Source of the DNA: an uncultured cyanobacterium
GTDB lineage: Bacteria; Cyanobacteriota; Cyanobacteriia; Cyanobacteriales; CAWCAG01
Length of the DNA: 64,000 bases
Direction: 5' to 3'
NCBI GenBank assembly: GCA_963803805.1
Contig: CAWDOD010000002.1
Span: forward strand, 608,001 to 672,000
Below, piece by piece: positions 31,601-39,862 of the stretch (within the stretch, counting starts at the first letter, position 1; every line of letters starts with the position of its first letter). The notes under the pieces were generated by a model. The model saw only the letters and a list, made by a program, of their open reading frames with translations. It was not told the origin of the DNA and did not search any database. Both the position numbers and the translations under genes were made by a program.

Positions 31601-33247
31601 TAGAAGCTGTCCACGCTCCCCGTGCATCCCCGCCAACTGAGTTTGGCTAGTAGTTTGGGCTTCCGCTTGGGATTGGTTTAAGGTTTCGCTTTCCTGCTGG
31701 CGATATGCTGCTGGGGCTTCTTGTGTATTAGTCTTGAGTTCATTCTTTGCATCCAGTGCGGCTGTAAACTGAGGTTCATTGGCTTTGGCAAGCTGTTCAT
31801 CGGTGATGTTAGCATTAGCCATCTCCTGGTCTATTTCTTGAGAGTTGGCATTTAAAGGGGCAGCTACTTCTGCTTCAGACTTTGGTTTCGGTACTGCTTT
31901 GGTGGCATCAACACCTTGAGGCTGTGTACCGGCAGGGGGAGATTGTAAAGGTTGGGAGGTTTTTGGTTCGATGCCACTGGTATCAGGTGGGGCTGCTGTT
32001 GCCTCTTCAATTGGTTTTGCTGCTTTGGCTTCTTCTTCACCTACTTGGGAAGAGACATCTTGCCTTACAGAGTCTAATTCGTTGTTTTGACCAAAGTTTT
32101 CGGCATCTTGTTCGTTGTCAGGAATGATGGCATCAATTTTCGCTAAGAGTGCAGCTTTGAAAGCGTTTGCGCTGAAAGTCCCTGGCTGCTGTTGCTCCAT
32201 TTGCTCGACTTGGGAGTCTTGAGCTTTACTTTCCACTTCATTTGGAGGGGATTGAGCAGCACCTTGAGCTTCCTGGGCTTCCGAGGTTGCTGGTTCATGC
32301 TGTTTTTCTTGGGCTGCTACACCTTTAACATCACCCACCAAGCCTTGAAAACCGGCATCTTCCCCCGCAGAGGTAGGAGAATTTCCTCCAGAAGTACCTT
32401 GTTGCATAGAGCCTACATCAGAGGTTGCTGCACTCTTTAGATTTTCTGCTTGATTGCTGGCTTCTCCTTGAGATTTTGTTTGTTCTTGGACTCCAATTGT
32501 TTCTGAATTTAGTGCTTTTTGAGGCTGGCTTTCTAATTGATTAATTGCTTTGGGTTTAATCTCTTGTTCAGGAGTTTCAATAGCAACCTTATTTCCCTGT
32601 GCCGATGATTTGTTTTCTTTATGAGGCTCCTGAACTATTGATTTTGGCTGAAGTTCTCCTTTTGCTTCTGCTGGCTGCTCCTGATTTTCCGTACTATCCT
32701 GTTGCCGTTGAAGATTCTGCCCTAAAGGTTGCTCAAAGGAGTTAGGGGCAGTTTGCCACTCTTGCTTCATCTGCTGTTGATGACTAGCAATTAGGGAATT
32801 ACGAATTTGCTGCCCTACAGCACTGTTTTGTCTACGTTCTTCTGTTCCTGCTACAGTGTCAAGGTTGATGGCTTGGGCTTGAATTGAGGGTTTCTGCCCA
32901 AAATTTAGGGTATAGGAACTCTCCATCCCCATACTTTCCCCTTGCCCTACTAATATTGAACTCCGTACTCTATTAGTAAATGCGGCTCTATCTTCTGCTG
33001 ATAAAGTGGAATTTCTTTGTAAACGCTCTTCAGCTTCTACTATGGTTTCTACCTTAGAAGAAGGACTGGTTTGAACGAAAGAGTCGTCTAGGCTTATTGG
33101 AGGCGGCTCTGGGGGGACATTTTTAAGCTTTTGTATCTGTTCACTAGTTCTTTCTTTCGCTACTGGGGGTTTAGCAACAGGGGGCTGTGACTTCTTTTGA
33201 ACAGGAGCAGAAGAGGACTTTTTTGGGTGAGTGATGTGGGCTTTCAT
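28637..33247 (-). CDS. Large polymorphic-toxin-like protein with a C-terminal ADP-ribosyltransferase-fold domain
   Basis: Low-complexity Q/P/E/S N-terminus, coiled-coil stalk and hydrophobic helical block. The tip has Y1232-R-G, FIS1417TS and E1484-A-E1486VAFTGSIP. Confidence 0.78.
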   Translation of the reverse strand: MKAHITHPKKSSSAPVQKKSQPPVAKPPVAKERTSEQIQKLKNVPPEPPPISLDDSFVQTSPSSKVETIVEAEERLQRNSTLSAEDRAAFTNRVRSSILVGQGESMGMESSYTLNFGQKPSIQAQAINLDTVAGTEERRQNSAVGQQIRNSLIASHQQQMKQEWQTAPNSFEQPLGQNLQRQQDSTENQEQPAEAKGELQPKSIVQEPHKENKSSAQGNKVAIETPEQEIKPKAINQLESQPQKALNSETIGVQEQTKSQGEASNQAENLKSAATSDVGSMQQGTSGGNSPTSAGEDAGFQGLVGDVKGVAAQEKQHEPATSEAQEAQGAAQSPPNEVESKAQDSQVEQMEQQQPGTFSANAFKAALLAKIDAIIPDNEQDAENFGQNNELDSVRQDVSSQVGEEEAKAAKPIEEATAAPPDTSGIEPKTSQPLQSPPAGTQPQGVDATKAVPKPKSEAEVAAPLNANSQEIDQEMANANITDEQLAKANEPQFTAALDAKNELKTNTQEAPAAYRQQESETLNQSQAEAQTTSQTQLAGMHGERGQLLGQVMGQQQTAKSQDEQKRSEVATHINSIYTTTKTDVETILSGIDTEVTSKFDTAAGAAKGKFESHVKEKMAVWEKERYGEWYDVTGWDERLSDAVVGLPPEVNQYFVEGKQLYIDEMDIALTDIANFVAQKLNEAKQRISEGKQQIKDYVAKLPQSLQQVGEQAAQDIQSQFEQLEQSVDSKQDELIDSLAQQYSNSIQEVNSRIQEMQAANRGFFDKAKDAIVGTAQTIMQLKDMLMGVLGKAAGAIGNIILDPIGFLGNLVSGVKQGFNNFVGNILPHLKKGLIGWLTGTMAKSGIQMPESFDLKGIFTLVMQVLGLAYDSIKSRTIKALGKNGERIFDGLEKTFDIFIIFKNEGLAGLWQFVQDKIGDLKEMVLGTIQNFVIETVIKQGVLWVISLLNPASAFVKACKMIYDVIMFFIERGSQIVDLVHAVMDSVTAIASGAIGGAASLIENALSKSLPVVISFMASLLGLGGISDKIKDIIGKLKAPIDKAIEWLIAQAVKFAKKIGKKLGFGKGDGKNKKNKEGAESPDEGEGEQLEDSEVGKTVTFSAAGEGHRLWIKTQGTATEVMVASTPTPVEAKLNDWQGRLDSLSEEDKVKAQGLLATARQQLDTTEQSANKTAQEMQEAKQDSANEAAINEAEAADNQTETAEQTLSDTLQQLFEIFDEQDSPLKGALAAYRGIHFQASWDEEKYKEEVSKAANDIVGQPEFSQATQEVAKSLSDEENPSIDELESAAAIVQHELEALKTREALELNTHPDKLNQKAQKQALRRLIKSGINNPTQEQLQEEVETIKREMLSSPDSNYMKPITRGSEGKGTKKGFENKFYVAIHQYVNNKKQFILELSKLNMGRYEGLEFTKIPFISTSKDSVEAAKYAFGKAQDKSNIREQGIVGRIFVYLFSIEEQAKQGVLNIELLHKENKISRSDRLINEAEVAFTGSIPGKNIIGYHDAKDNQTPQLLGGLAQKTAKDKAVAMGGLREWDA

Positions 33248-33365
33248 ACTCAGTAGTCAAGCTAATTATCACTAATAATACCTGAATATTTTTTTCTAGT
33301 TACCGATTGACAAATTTCTTTAGATGTGGAGCCTCAAAATATAGAGATATAGCAATTATTAGTGC

Positions 33366-33416
33366 TAAGCTGTCAGGCATTTATATTGCTTGCTTAGGAT
33401 AGGGAATAGGGAATTG
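33366..33416. mobile_element. Truncated MITE-like element (one end only)
   Basis: TAAGCTGTCAGGCATTTA is identical to the left end of the element at 44675 and is followed by ATAGGGA repeats. Confidence 0.6.
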
Positions 33417-33422
33417 CTAATA

Positions 33423-34801
33423 TCAATACCAAGATAGCAACCACATACGGGCAGCAAATTCAGATTGAGAAAGAGGTAAACCAAGATAAATTGGCAACCA
33501 AAATAGCCAAGCACAAAAAATAATTGCGATTCGCAATTATTCCACAGTATTTGTATTGCACAATTGAACTATGTAAACATTGGTCAATTAACCAACTGAG
33601 GGCGAGAAAAGCGAAGATAGAAGCTCCCATATAATGGTAAATATAAGTACAGCGAGTTACTTTAATCCAAGGTAAAAAGTTGGCAGCGTAGTTGAAGATT
33701 AGAAAAATTGGGATACAAAAGTTTTCAGAGTGAATTTTTTGCCCCTTGTAATACTTACTTGATTGGGCAAATAAGCTCCCTAAGACAATTAATATTGCTA
33801 AACTGGAAAGCCACCAAAGTAGAGGATTGCCTAAAGCGTGAACATCATGTACCGTTAACTCACTCACCCCGTTACTAACTTGCTTATAATAGTAGCCAAC
33901 AGGACGAAGCATTAAGGGCCAAGTGTACCAGGCAGAACAATAGGGATGGGTTGCAGTTGTATTACCAATACTGTGGTGATAACCCAAAATTTGTTGGTGT
34001 ACTTGCCAGAAATTAAATTCTTGGTTTAAGGCTAAATGAGGAATCCATAATAGGCGGTAAATTAAGGCTGGAATTATAGCGAAGTTGAGCAGAAAATCCC
34101 AGGAATTAACTTTACTTAATTGTTGCCATAAAGGATGGTGTAAAGAGAATTTTAGCTTTTTTGTGACTTTGACGAAACCATAAAATAGATAAACTCCCAA
34201 CAAAAAGCCTAAACCATTCCACTTAACAGCAAGACAAAAACCAAAAAAGATTCCTGAAGCGAGGAAGTAAAATTGTTGTTTACTAGAATAATTAAGAGCG
34301 ATAAGAAATAATAACTGCCCCAATAAGCCGAAAGCAAGCAAATAAATATTAATTAACCCATAACGGGATTCTACTAATAATAAACCGTCTGTAGCTGCTA
34401 AAAAGCTAGCAATAAAGGCATAGCTATAACGGCGAGTTAATTGATAGGAGATCGCACTAATTATTAGGGGCAGAAAGCTACCCGGTTAAAGCATTTAACC
34501 AGCGATAGGCGTAGGCAAAGCCCGCCGTAGGCATCGCTGTATTACCTTGCTTGAAAAAATTGGTATGCAGCCAAATCCCCATACTAATTAAGTACTTGCC
34601 TAAAGGGGGATGAACATCAAAGAAAGGAACTTGTTGAAGATAGTTATAGCCGTATTTAGCAAAATAAACTTCATCAAAAACAAATTCATTAAAACGTCCC
34701 AAGCCCCAAAACCTCAAGCCAAAAGACAACAAAAATATTGCCAGGATACCGATAGCGAATAAACGATTAATGCCCTTACTAAGTACTTCGTCTTTCCCCA
34801 T
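33423..34801 (-). CDS. Dolichyl-phosphate-mannose-protein mannosyltransferase (PMT, GT-C) family, split by two apparent +1 frameshifts
   Basis: VFDEVYF, DVHPPLGK, ESRYGL (in the gap between the track ORFs), KWNG, HPYCSAW and YIYHY. Removing one base at 34481-34483 and one at 33526-33534 gives a single ORF ending WLPIYLGLPLS...WLLSWY*. Confidence 0.88.
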
Positions 34802-34870
34802 ACCTATTACTTATTACCTATTCCCTATTACCTCCAAACTTATTACTTATTATTTATTACTTATTACTTA
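34801..34870. repeat. Short tandem heptamer repeats (STRR-like, YTATTAC)
   Basis: Multiple TTATTAC/CTATTAC units. The same family occurs at about 5036, 35721, 49970, 53969 and 62872. Confidence 0.8.
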
Positions 34871-34871
34871 A

Positions 34872-35234
34872 TCACCTTCCCCTAACTCCCCCGTTCGGCC
34901 CAATCATCCTGGGCATCTCTACAGCTTCTCGGAACACTTCTACTGATTCGCTGTAATCGATAGGTAAAACTGAAACTACGTTTTCGTGGGGGCGAGGGAT
35001 AATTACCCAAGATTCTAGAGTAGCCCCAGCAACTTTTTCTACCGCATCAATACCGGCTTCCATTGATCTTTTAACTTCTGATACGTCTCCGCGGATATTG
35101 ATATTAAAACGGGCGCTACCAACTCGGATATAACCTACGAGAGTAACTCGCCCAGCTTTAACCATTGCATCTGCTGCTGCTAGTATTCCTGGAAAACCTT
35201 TTGTTTCAATTGAGCCAACTGCTTGTTGTGTCAC
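34872..35234 (-). CDS. ccmK4: Carboxysome shell protein CcmK4
   Basis: AVGSIETKGFPGILAAADAMVKAGRVT, GSARF and WVIIPRPHENV. Confidence 0.92.
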   Translation of the reverse strand: MTQQAVGSIETKGFPGILAAADAMVKAGRVTLVGYIRVGSARFNINIRGDVSEVKRSMEAGIDAVEKVAGATLESWVIIPRPHENVVSVLPIDYSESVEVFREAVEMPRMIGPNGGVRGR

Positions 35235-35345
35235 GAGTTCCCTCTCTTTATAATCTAATTATTAGATAGCAATAAAACCTAAACTTTAATTTTACGGGTC
35301 TTTACGCACCATTGGGCATTTATATCAAGAATCTCCGGCATTTGC

Positions 35346-35654
35346 TCATATTCGGAATACTTCTACTTCCTCTGTATAGGCTATGGGCAAAATAGCGACT
35401 ATATTTTCTGGTGGATTAGCAACAATATAGTGAGTTGTGACCTTAGAGCCAAAAGTTTCTGTAGCAGCTTCTAATCCTTCTTCCATAGCCATTTTAACCT
35501 CAGAAATGCTACCGCGAATAGCCACAAAAAAGTTGCCGCTTTCTGCTTTATCGCAATGAACTACGGTAACTCTTGCACCTTTAACCATCGCATCTGCTGC
35601 TGCTAAGATTCCAGGAAAGCCTAACGTTTGGATGACTCCGACTGCTTCTGGCAT
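35346..35654 (-). CDS. ccmK3: Carboxysome shell protein CcmK3
   Basis: AVGVIQTLGFPGILAAADAM, AESGNFFVAIRG and NPPEN. It lies upstream of ccmK4. Confidence 0.9.
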   Translation of the reverse strand: MPEAVGVIQTLGFPGILAAADAMVKGARVTVVHCDKAESGNFFVAIRGSISEVKMAMEEGLEAATETFGSKVTTHYIVANPPENIVAILPIAYTEEVEVFRI

Positions 35655-35843
35655 GGGTTATTTTCCTTTGGGTTTATATTCCCTTAATAACCAAAGATTA
35701 TATAGCAGGGAGTAGCCGCAAGTGATAAGTGATAAGTAATAAGTTTTGATGTCAATAGGATCGCTTTTGTTGGAGAGGGAAGAAATACTTCTTGACAATA
35801 TCTGACAATTTTATCGGGGGATACGATTGTGCTTTCTTAGTAG

Positions 35844-36329
35844 CTAATCTACCCGATTTAAGCGATAAACGAAGCAGTCATCATCACTAAATTGTCGCCG
35901 TTCAACAAATTGGAAGCCAAGACGTTCATAGAAACGGTGGGCGCGAGTATTACTAGCAAGTGGATCGACCAATACTGCTGTCACTAAAGGATTGGCAAAA
36001 CATCGGGCCAGGGCAAGCTGCATCATTGTTGTACCATAACCTTTACCTAAGTCCGTTTCTTCCCCAATCCAAATATCAATAGCCCGAAGATTTGCAGCAA
36101 TATCACCCCAGTAGTGGCTATCCTCACGGGCTGGATCTATGATCTGGATAAATCCAATCGGACGATGACCAATCTCAGCAATCAATTGCTCTCTCCAGTC
36201 GGGATTACGTTTAAGTTCTCTTTCCCAGTCCCAGTCATCATCAGGATCTGAGGCAATTATATGAGGCTGTTGATCCCAATGTTGTAATAGAGTCAAATCA
36301 TCGGGAGTAGCTGGGCGTAAATTGATCAT
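35844..36329 (-). CDS. GNAT acetyltransferase, AAC(6')-Ib/siderophore acetyltransferase-like fold
   Basis: RAIDIWIGE, LGKGYGT and VDPLASNTRAHRFYERLGF. Confidence 0.82.
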   Translation of the reverse strand: MINLRPATPDDLTLLQHWDQQPHIIASDPDDDWDWERELKRNPDWREQLIAEIGHRPIGFIQIIDPAREDSHYWGDIAANLRAIDIWIGEETDLGKGYGTTMMQLALARCFANPLVTAVLVDPLASNTRAHRFYERLGFQFVERRQFSDDDCFVYRLNRVD

Positions 36330-36502
36330 AACTTTTGGTAATTTAAAGCTATTGTTTGATAGTTAAGTACCTAGACAAAATTAATTGAATATTTTGTTGA
36401 TATTGGGTTGGCGCACTTCCTTACAAACCAATTTAAAATTATAGAAGCTTAGGAGAGTAAATAATACAATTTTGATTATCCCCTTTTCTCACAACTAAGC
36501 TA

Positions 36503-38212
36503 ATGAAAAATCACGAAAATCTTTACTCTAAATTATTACAACTTGATAATTGTAGCTACAAAGCTTATCGGGATATTGAAGGAAGTTACCAGTTTCCTAA
36601 CTTTAATTTAATTGTTGATCGCGTCCAAGGTGATCCCTTTGCTGCCCCCAGTAAGCTACGAATTAAAATACCTCAAAATGTGGCTGGTTTCCCTAGTCAA
36701 ATTTATCAATCTTTGAGTCGGAAAATAGCTTTAGAAGATTATTTAATTCGTCAGTTTGCTATAGTTGCTGAAGAGTTTAACTCTCACCGAGGTTCTGGTA
36801 AAAGTGGCTTAATTGCTATTACTCGTATTGGACAAGAAGTACTTTCTCGTAATGCCGCCACGGTGAATTCTCAAGGGATAGAAATACGCTTTCTAGTAGG
36901 ATTACCTGCTAGGGGAAGGAGAATTTTAGGCCATCAGGCAGCAGAAATGTTGTTAGAAAATGTACCAGAAATTGTTGATCGCGCCCTTAAATATCGTGCC
37001 TTAGATGCCCAAGCTATACAACAACAAGTAGAAACTATTGAGGATGCAGATTGGTTGCGGCAACAGTTAAGGGAAAAGGGTTTGGTGGCTTTTATTCCTG
37101 ATAAGGCAGTTTTACCTCGACGCAGTGGCGTTGATCAACGTCCTTTAGAAAGTGATCCTGTTCCCTGGCAGACTCCCCTCTCCCTCAAGATTGAATTTAA
37201 TCTTCCCAATCAGGGTTTAATAATTGGAACAGGAATTCCTCAAGGTATTACTTTAATTGTGGGGGGTGGTTATCATGGCAAATCTACTTTACTCCGTGCT
37301 TTGGAGTTGGGGATTTACGATACCATTCCTGGGGATGGTAGGGAGTTGGTAGTCACAGAAGCAACGGCGGTTAAAATACGCGCTGAGGATGGTAGAGGGA
37401 TTGCAGGGGTTGATATTTCCCCTTTTATTAATCACTTGCCCCAAAAACGTTCTACCACCAATTTTTCTACTACTAATGCTAGTGGCAGTACTTCTCAAGC
37501 GGCTAATATTGTGGAAGCTTTGGAAGTGGGGACAAAATTACTTTTAGTTGATGAAGATACCGCCGCGACGAATTTTATGATTCGCGATCGCCGGATGCAG
37601 CAATTAATTGCCAAAGAAAAGGAACCCATTACTCCTTTTATTGATAAAATTCAGCAACTTTATCAAGATTGCGGGGTATCAACAATTTTGGTGATGGGGG
37701 GAAGCGGAGATTATTTCGAGGTAGCAGATACGGTTATTGCTATGGAAAACTTTTCTCCCTATGATGTGACAGCAAAAGCGAAAGAAATCGCTCGCACCAA
37801 TTCTACTAAGCGTGTAGCAGAAGGAGGTCAAGGTTTCGGTAAAATTACTCCCAGGATACCTTTACCTGCCAGCATTGACCCTAGTTGTGGCAAAAAAGCG
37901 GTCAAGGTTAAAGTTAGGGATACCGATGAAGTTGCTTTTGGCACAGAAGATATTGATTTAGGATCTGTAGAACAAATTGTTGAATCTGGGCAATTAAAAG
38001 CGATCGCGGCTGCTATTGTTTATGCAAAAGAGAATTATTTGGATAGTAAAAGAACTCTAGCCGAAGTTTTAGATTTAGTGATGGCTGATATTGTTGCTCA
38101 AGGTTTGGATGTCATTACAGATTTTACTCAGGGAGATTTAGCTATATTCCGGGGTTTTGAATTAGCTGCAGTCATTAATCGCTTGCGTAGTTTGCAAGTT
38201 AAAGGAGAATAG
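36503..38212 (+). CDS. Predicted ATPase of the ABC class (ABC-ATPase domain protein)
   Basis: VQGDPFAAPS, GGGYHGKST, RAEDGR, ASGSTSQA and DEDTAATNFMIRD. Confidence 0.88.
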   Translation: MKNHENLYSKLLQLDNCSYKAYRDIEGSYQFPNFNLIVDRVQGDPFAAPSKLRIKIPQNVAGFPSQIYQSLSRKIALEDYLIRQFAIVAEEFNSHRGSGKSGLIAITRIGQEVLSRNAATVNSQGIEIRFLVGLPARGRRILGHQAAEMLLENVPEIVDRALKYRALDAQAIQQQVETIEDADWLRQQLREKGLVAFIPDKAVLPRRSGVDQRPLESDPVPWQTPLSLKIEFNLPNQGLIIGTGIPQGITLIVGGGYHGKSTLLRALELGIYDTIPGDGRELVVTEATAVKIRAEDGRGIAGVDISPFINHLPQKRSTTNFSTTNASGSTSQAANIVEALEVGTKLLLVDEDTAATNFMIRDRRMQQLIAKEKEPITPFIDKIQQLYQDCGVSTILVMGGSGDYFEVADTVIAMENFSPYDVTAKAKEIARTNSTKRVAEGGQGFGKITPRIPLPASIDPSCGKKAVKVKVRDTDEVAFGTEDIDLGSVEQIVESGQLKAIAAAIVYAKENYLDSKRTLAEVLDLVMADIVAQGLDVITDFTQGDLAIFRGFELAAVINRLRSLQVKGE

Positions 38213-38312
38213 CCTTAAGTTATTGGCACAGCTTTCTTAGGAGGGGAATAATAATACCTTTTGTTTAATTTTATACTTTGGCCTTTTGCCTTACGCGTAG
38301 CGCTATCGTAAT

Positions 38313-38687
38313 CTAAGCTAAACTCCAATCAGGTCTAAGATGCCTTGCTTGGCGTAAATAGGAGTGAATCATCGCCTTTTGAGGTTTTGGGGTATTAACT
38401 TGAATTAAAACCCTGATACAGCGTTCCAAACTATCTTCAACATCCATTTGCTGGAAATCTAATAAAGGTACATCATCCCATTTAGGGCGCTGCCGACATA
38501 CCGCCGCCGGGAATATAGCATCTAAATCTTTAGTAGCTGTGAAAAAGGCACAGACAATTTCTTCTGGATCTAATTCATTGCGAGTTTCAAGATCATCTAA
38601 TAATTCCTTAACAGCTTCAGTAATTGCTTCAACTGTATTCTGGGAGACGGTTATAGCCCCACGAATACCTCTTACTTTCCATTCCAC
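38313..38687 (-). CDS. aroH: AroH-type chorismate mutase
   Basis: VRGIRGA, DLDAIFPA, CIRVLI and LRPD. A GGAGGA Shine-Dalgarno sequence precedes the GTG at 38687. Confidence 0.92.
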   Translation of the reverse strand: MEWKVRGIRGAITVSQNTVEAITEAVKELLDDLETRNELDPEEIVCAFFTATKDLDAIFPAAVCRQRPKWDDVPLLDFQQMDVEDSLERCIRVLIQVNTPKPQKAMIHSYLRQARHLRPDWSLA

Positions 38688-38903
38688 AACGAAATCCTCC
38701 GCAAACTTTACCAAAGTAGGAAAAAGTAAAAAAGCACTCCGATCAAAAAGATGTTTGGCTTTGAAATACCCAGATCCAAACCGTTATTTTGCTGTCCCCT
38801 GATGTTTAACATAGAGTCTTTACTACTTAAACTTACTTAGTTGCTTCACTATACGCTATATTGATAACAAGTTTTTGGGGGCAGAAATGCCCTTAACCCT
38901 AAA

Positions 38904-39725
38904 TTAGGGGCGATAAAGCCATAAAGGTTGGCCGCTAGTAGCAAGTTCAAATTCTAACCAGTTTACGGCTTTGCCCAGGCTAGAGGAAGTTTGCTTGCTA
39001 CCAGATAACAGCCGTACTAAGCGAGATTTCTTCTCTTCAATATCTTGAGATTTGGCTTTATCTGGATCGAGTCCTGCTAATTCTGCTGCCCAACAACGGG
39101 CATCTTCTTCTGTACCTAAACGGTCTACTACTCCTAATTTTAAAGCTTGTTCCCCAGTAAAAATGCGACCATCAGCAAAGGTTCTGACTGTTTCTTCTTG
39201 TAAGTTACGTCCTTCGGCGACGGTTTGGACAAATTGTTTGTAACTCACATCAATTAGTTCTTGAAGAATAGTTTCTTCTTCTGGGGTTAATTCTCGATCA
39301 AAGGCTAAAATATCTTTGTAGGGGCCAGATTTAACTACTTTAAACGAAACACCAATTTTGTCCAATAGCCGTTCTAAATTATTACCCCGCAAAATAACAC
39401 CGATGCTACCTGTAATTGTGCCTGGGTTAGCAACAATATGTTCTGCCCCCATACCAATATAAACCCCCCCCGAAGCGGAAATATTACCGAAACTAGCGAC
39501 AATAACTAGCTTTTCTCGTAACTTCTTGAGGGCATAATAAATTTCTTGAGAATCTCCTACTGTGCCTCCAGGAGAATCAATACGCAACAACAAAGCCGGA
39601 AATTTCTTTTCTTCCACTGTTTTTAGCGCTTTAAGAACCCGCTTACGAGTTTCTGAGGCGATCGCGCCGGTAATTTCTATACGGGCAATTTGTCGAGAAG
39701 TTTTTGGTTTAAAAGGCCAAATCAT
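38904..39725 (-). CDS. sppA: Signal peptide peptidase SppA (36K type)
   Basis: IDSPGG, ASGGVY, TGSIGV, KSGPYKD and ADGRIFTGEQA. Confidence 0.93.
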   Translation of the reverse strand: MIWPFKPKTSRQIARIEITGAIASETRKRVLKALKTVEEKKFPALLLRIDSPGGTVGDSQEIYYALKKLREKLVIVASFGNISASGGVYIGMGAEHIVANPGTITGSIGVILRGNNLERLLDKIGVSFKVVKSGPYKDILAFDRELTPEEETILQELIDVSYKQFVQTVAEGRNLQEETVRTFADGRIFTGEQALKLGVVDRLGTEEDARCWAAELAGLDPDKAKSQDIEEKKSRLVRLLSGSKQTSSSLGKAVNWLEFELATSGQPLWLYRP

Positions 39726-39862
39726 AGGTTTTAAGGTTGAAAATTATCTGGTTTTGAGGACAGCGTTGCTTTTAAGGGAGGTAATAACTAACTTTTATTT
39801 GCAAAACTACACAATACGTTAACATTGGGTAAATAAAATCTGCCAATATTTACTTATTATCC

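Noticed and set aside
28637-33247. The large protein as a prophage tape-measure gene
   Set aside because: No phage structural, integrase or terminase genes are nearby, and the enzymatic tip with an overlapping downstream gene fits a toxin better.
27165-33525. Absence of HIP1 in the toxin cassette as proof of horizontal transfer
   Set aside because: Gaps of over 5 kb also occur in core regions (10.8-16.2 kb and 21.4-27.1 kb), so this is not discriminating.
34872-35654. ccmK3-ccmK4 located away from the main ccm operon
   Set aside because: This satellite locus is normal in beta-cyanobacteria.
35844-36329. Acquired aminoglycoside-resistance gene
   Set aside because: Only fold-level similarity is visible. 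There is no integron or transposon context, and the substrate cannot be inferred.
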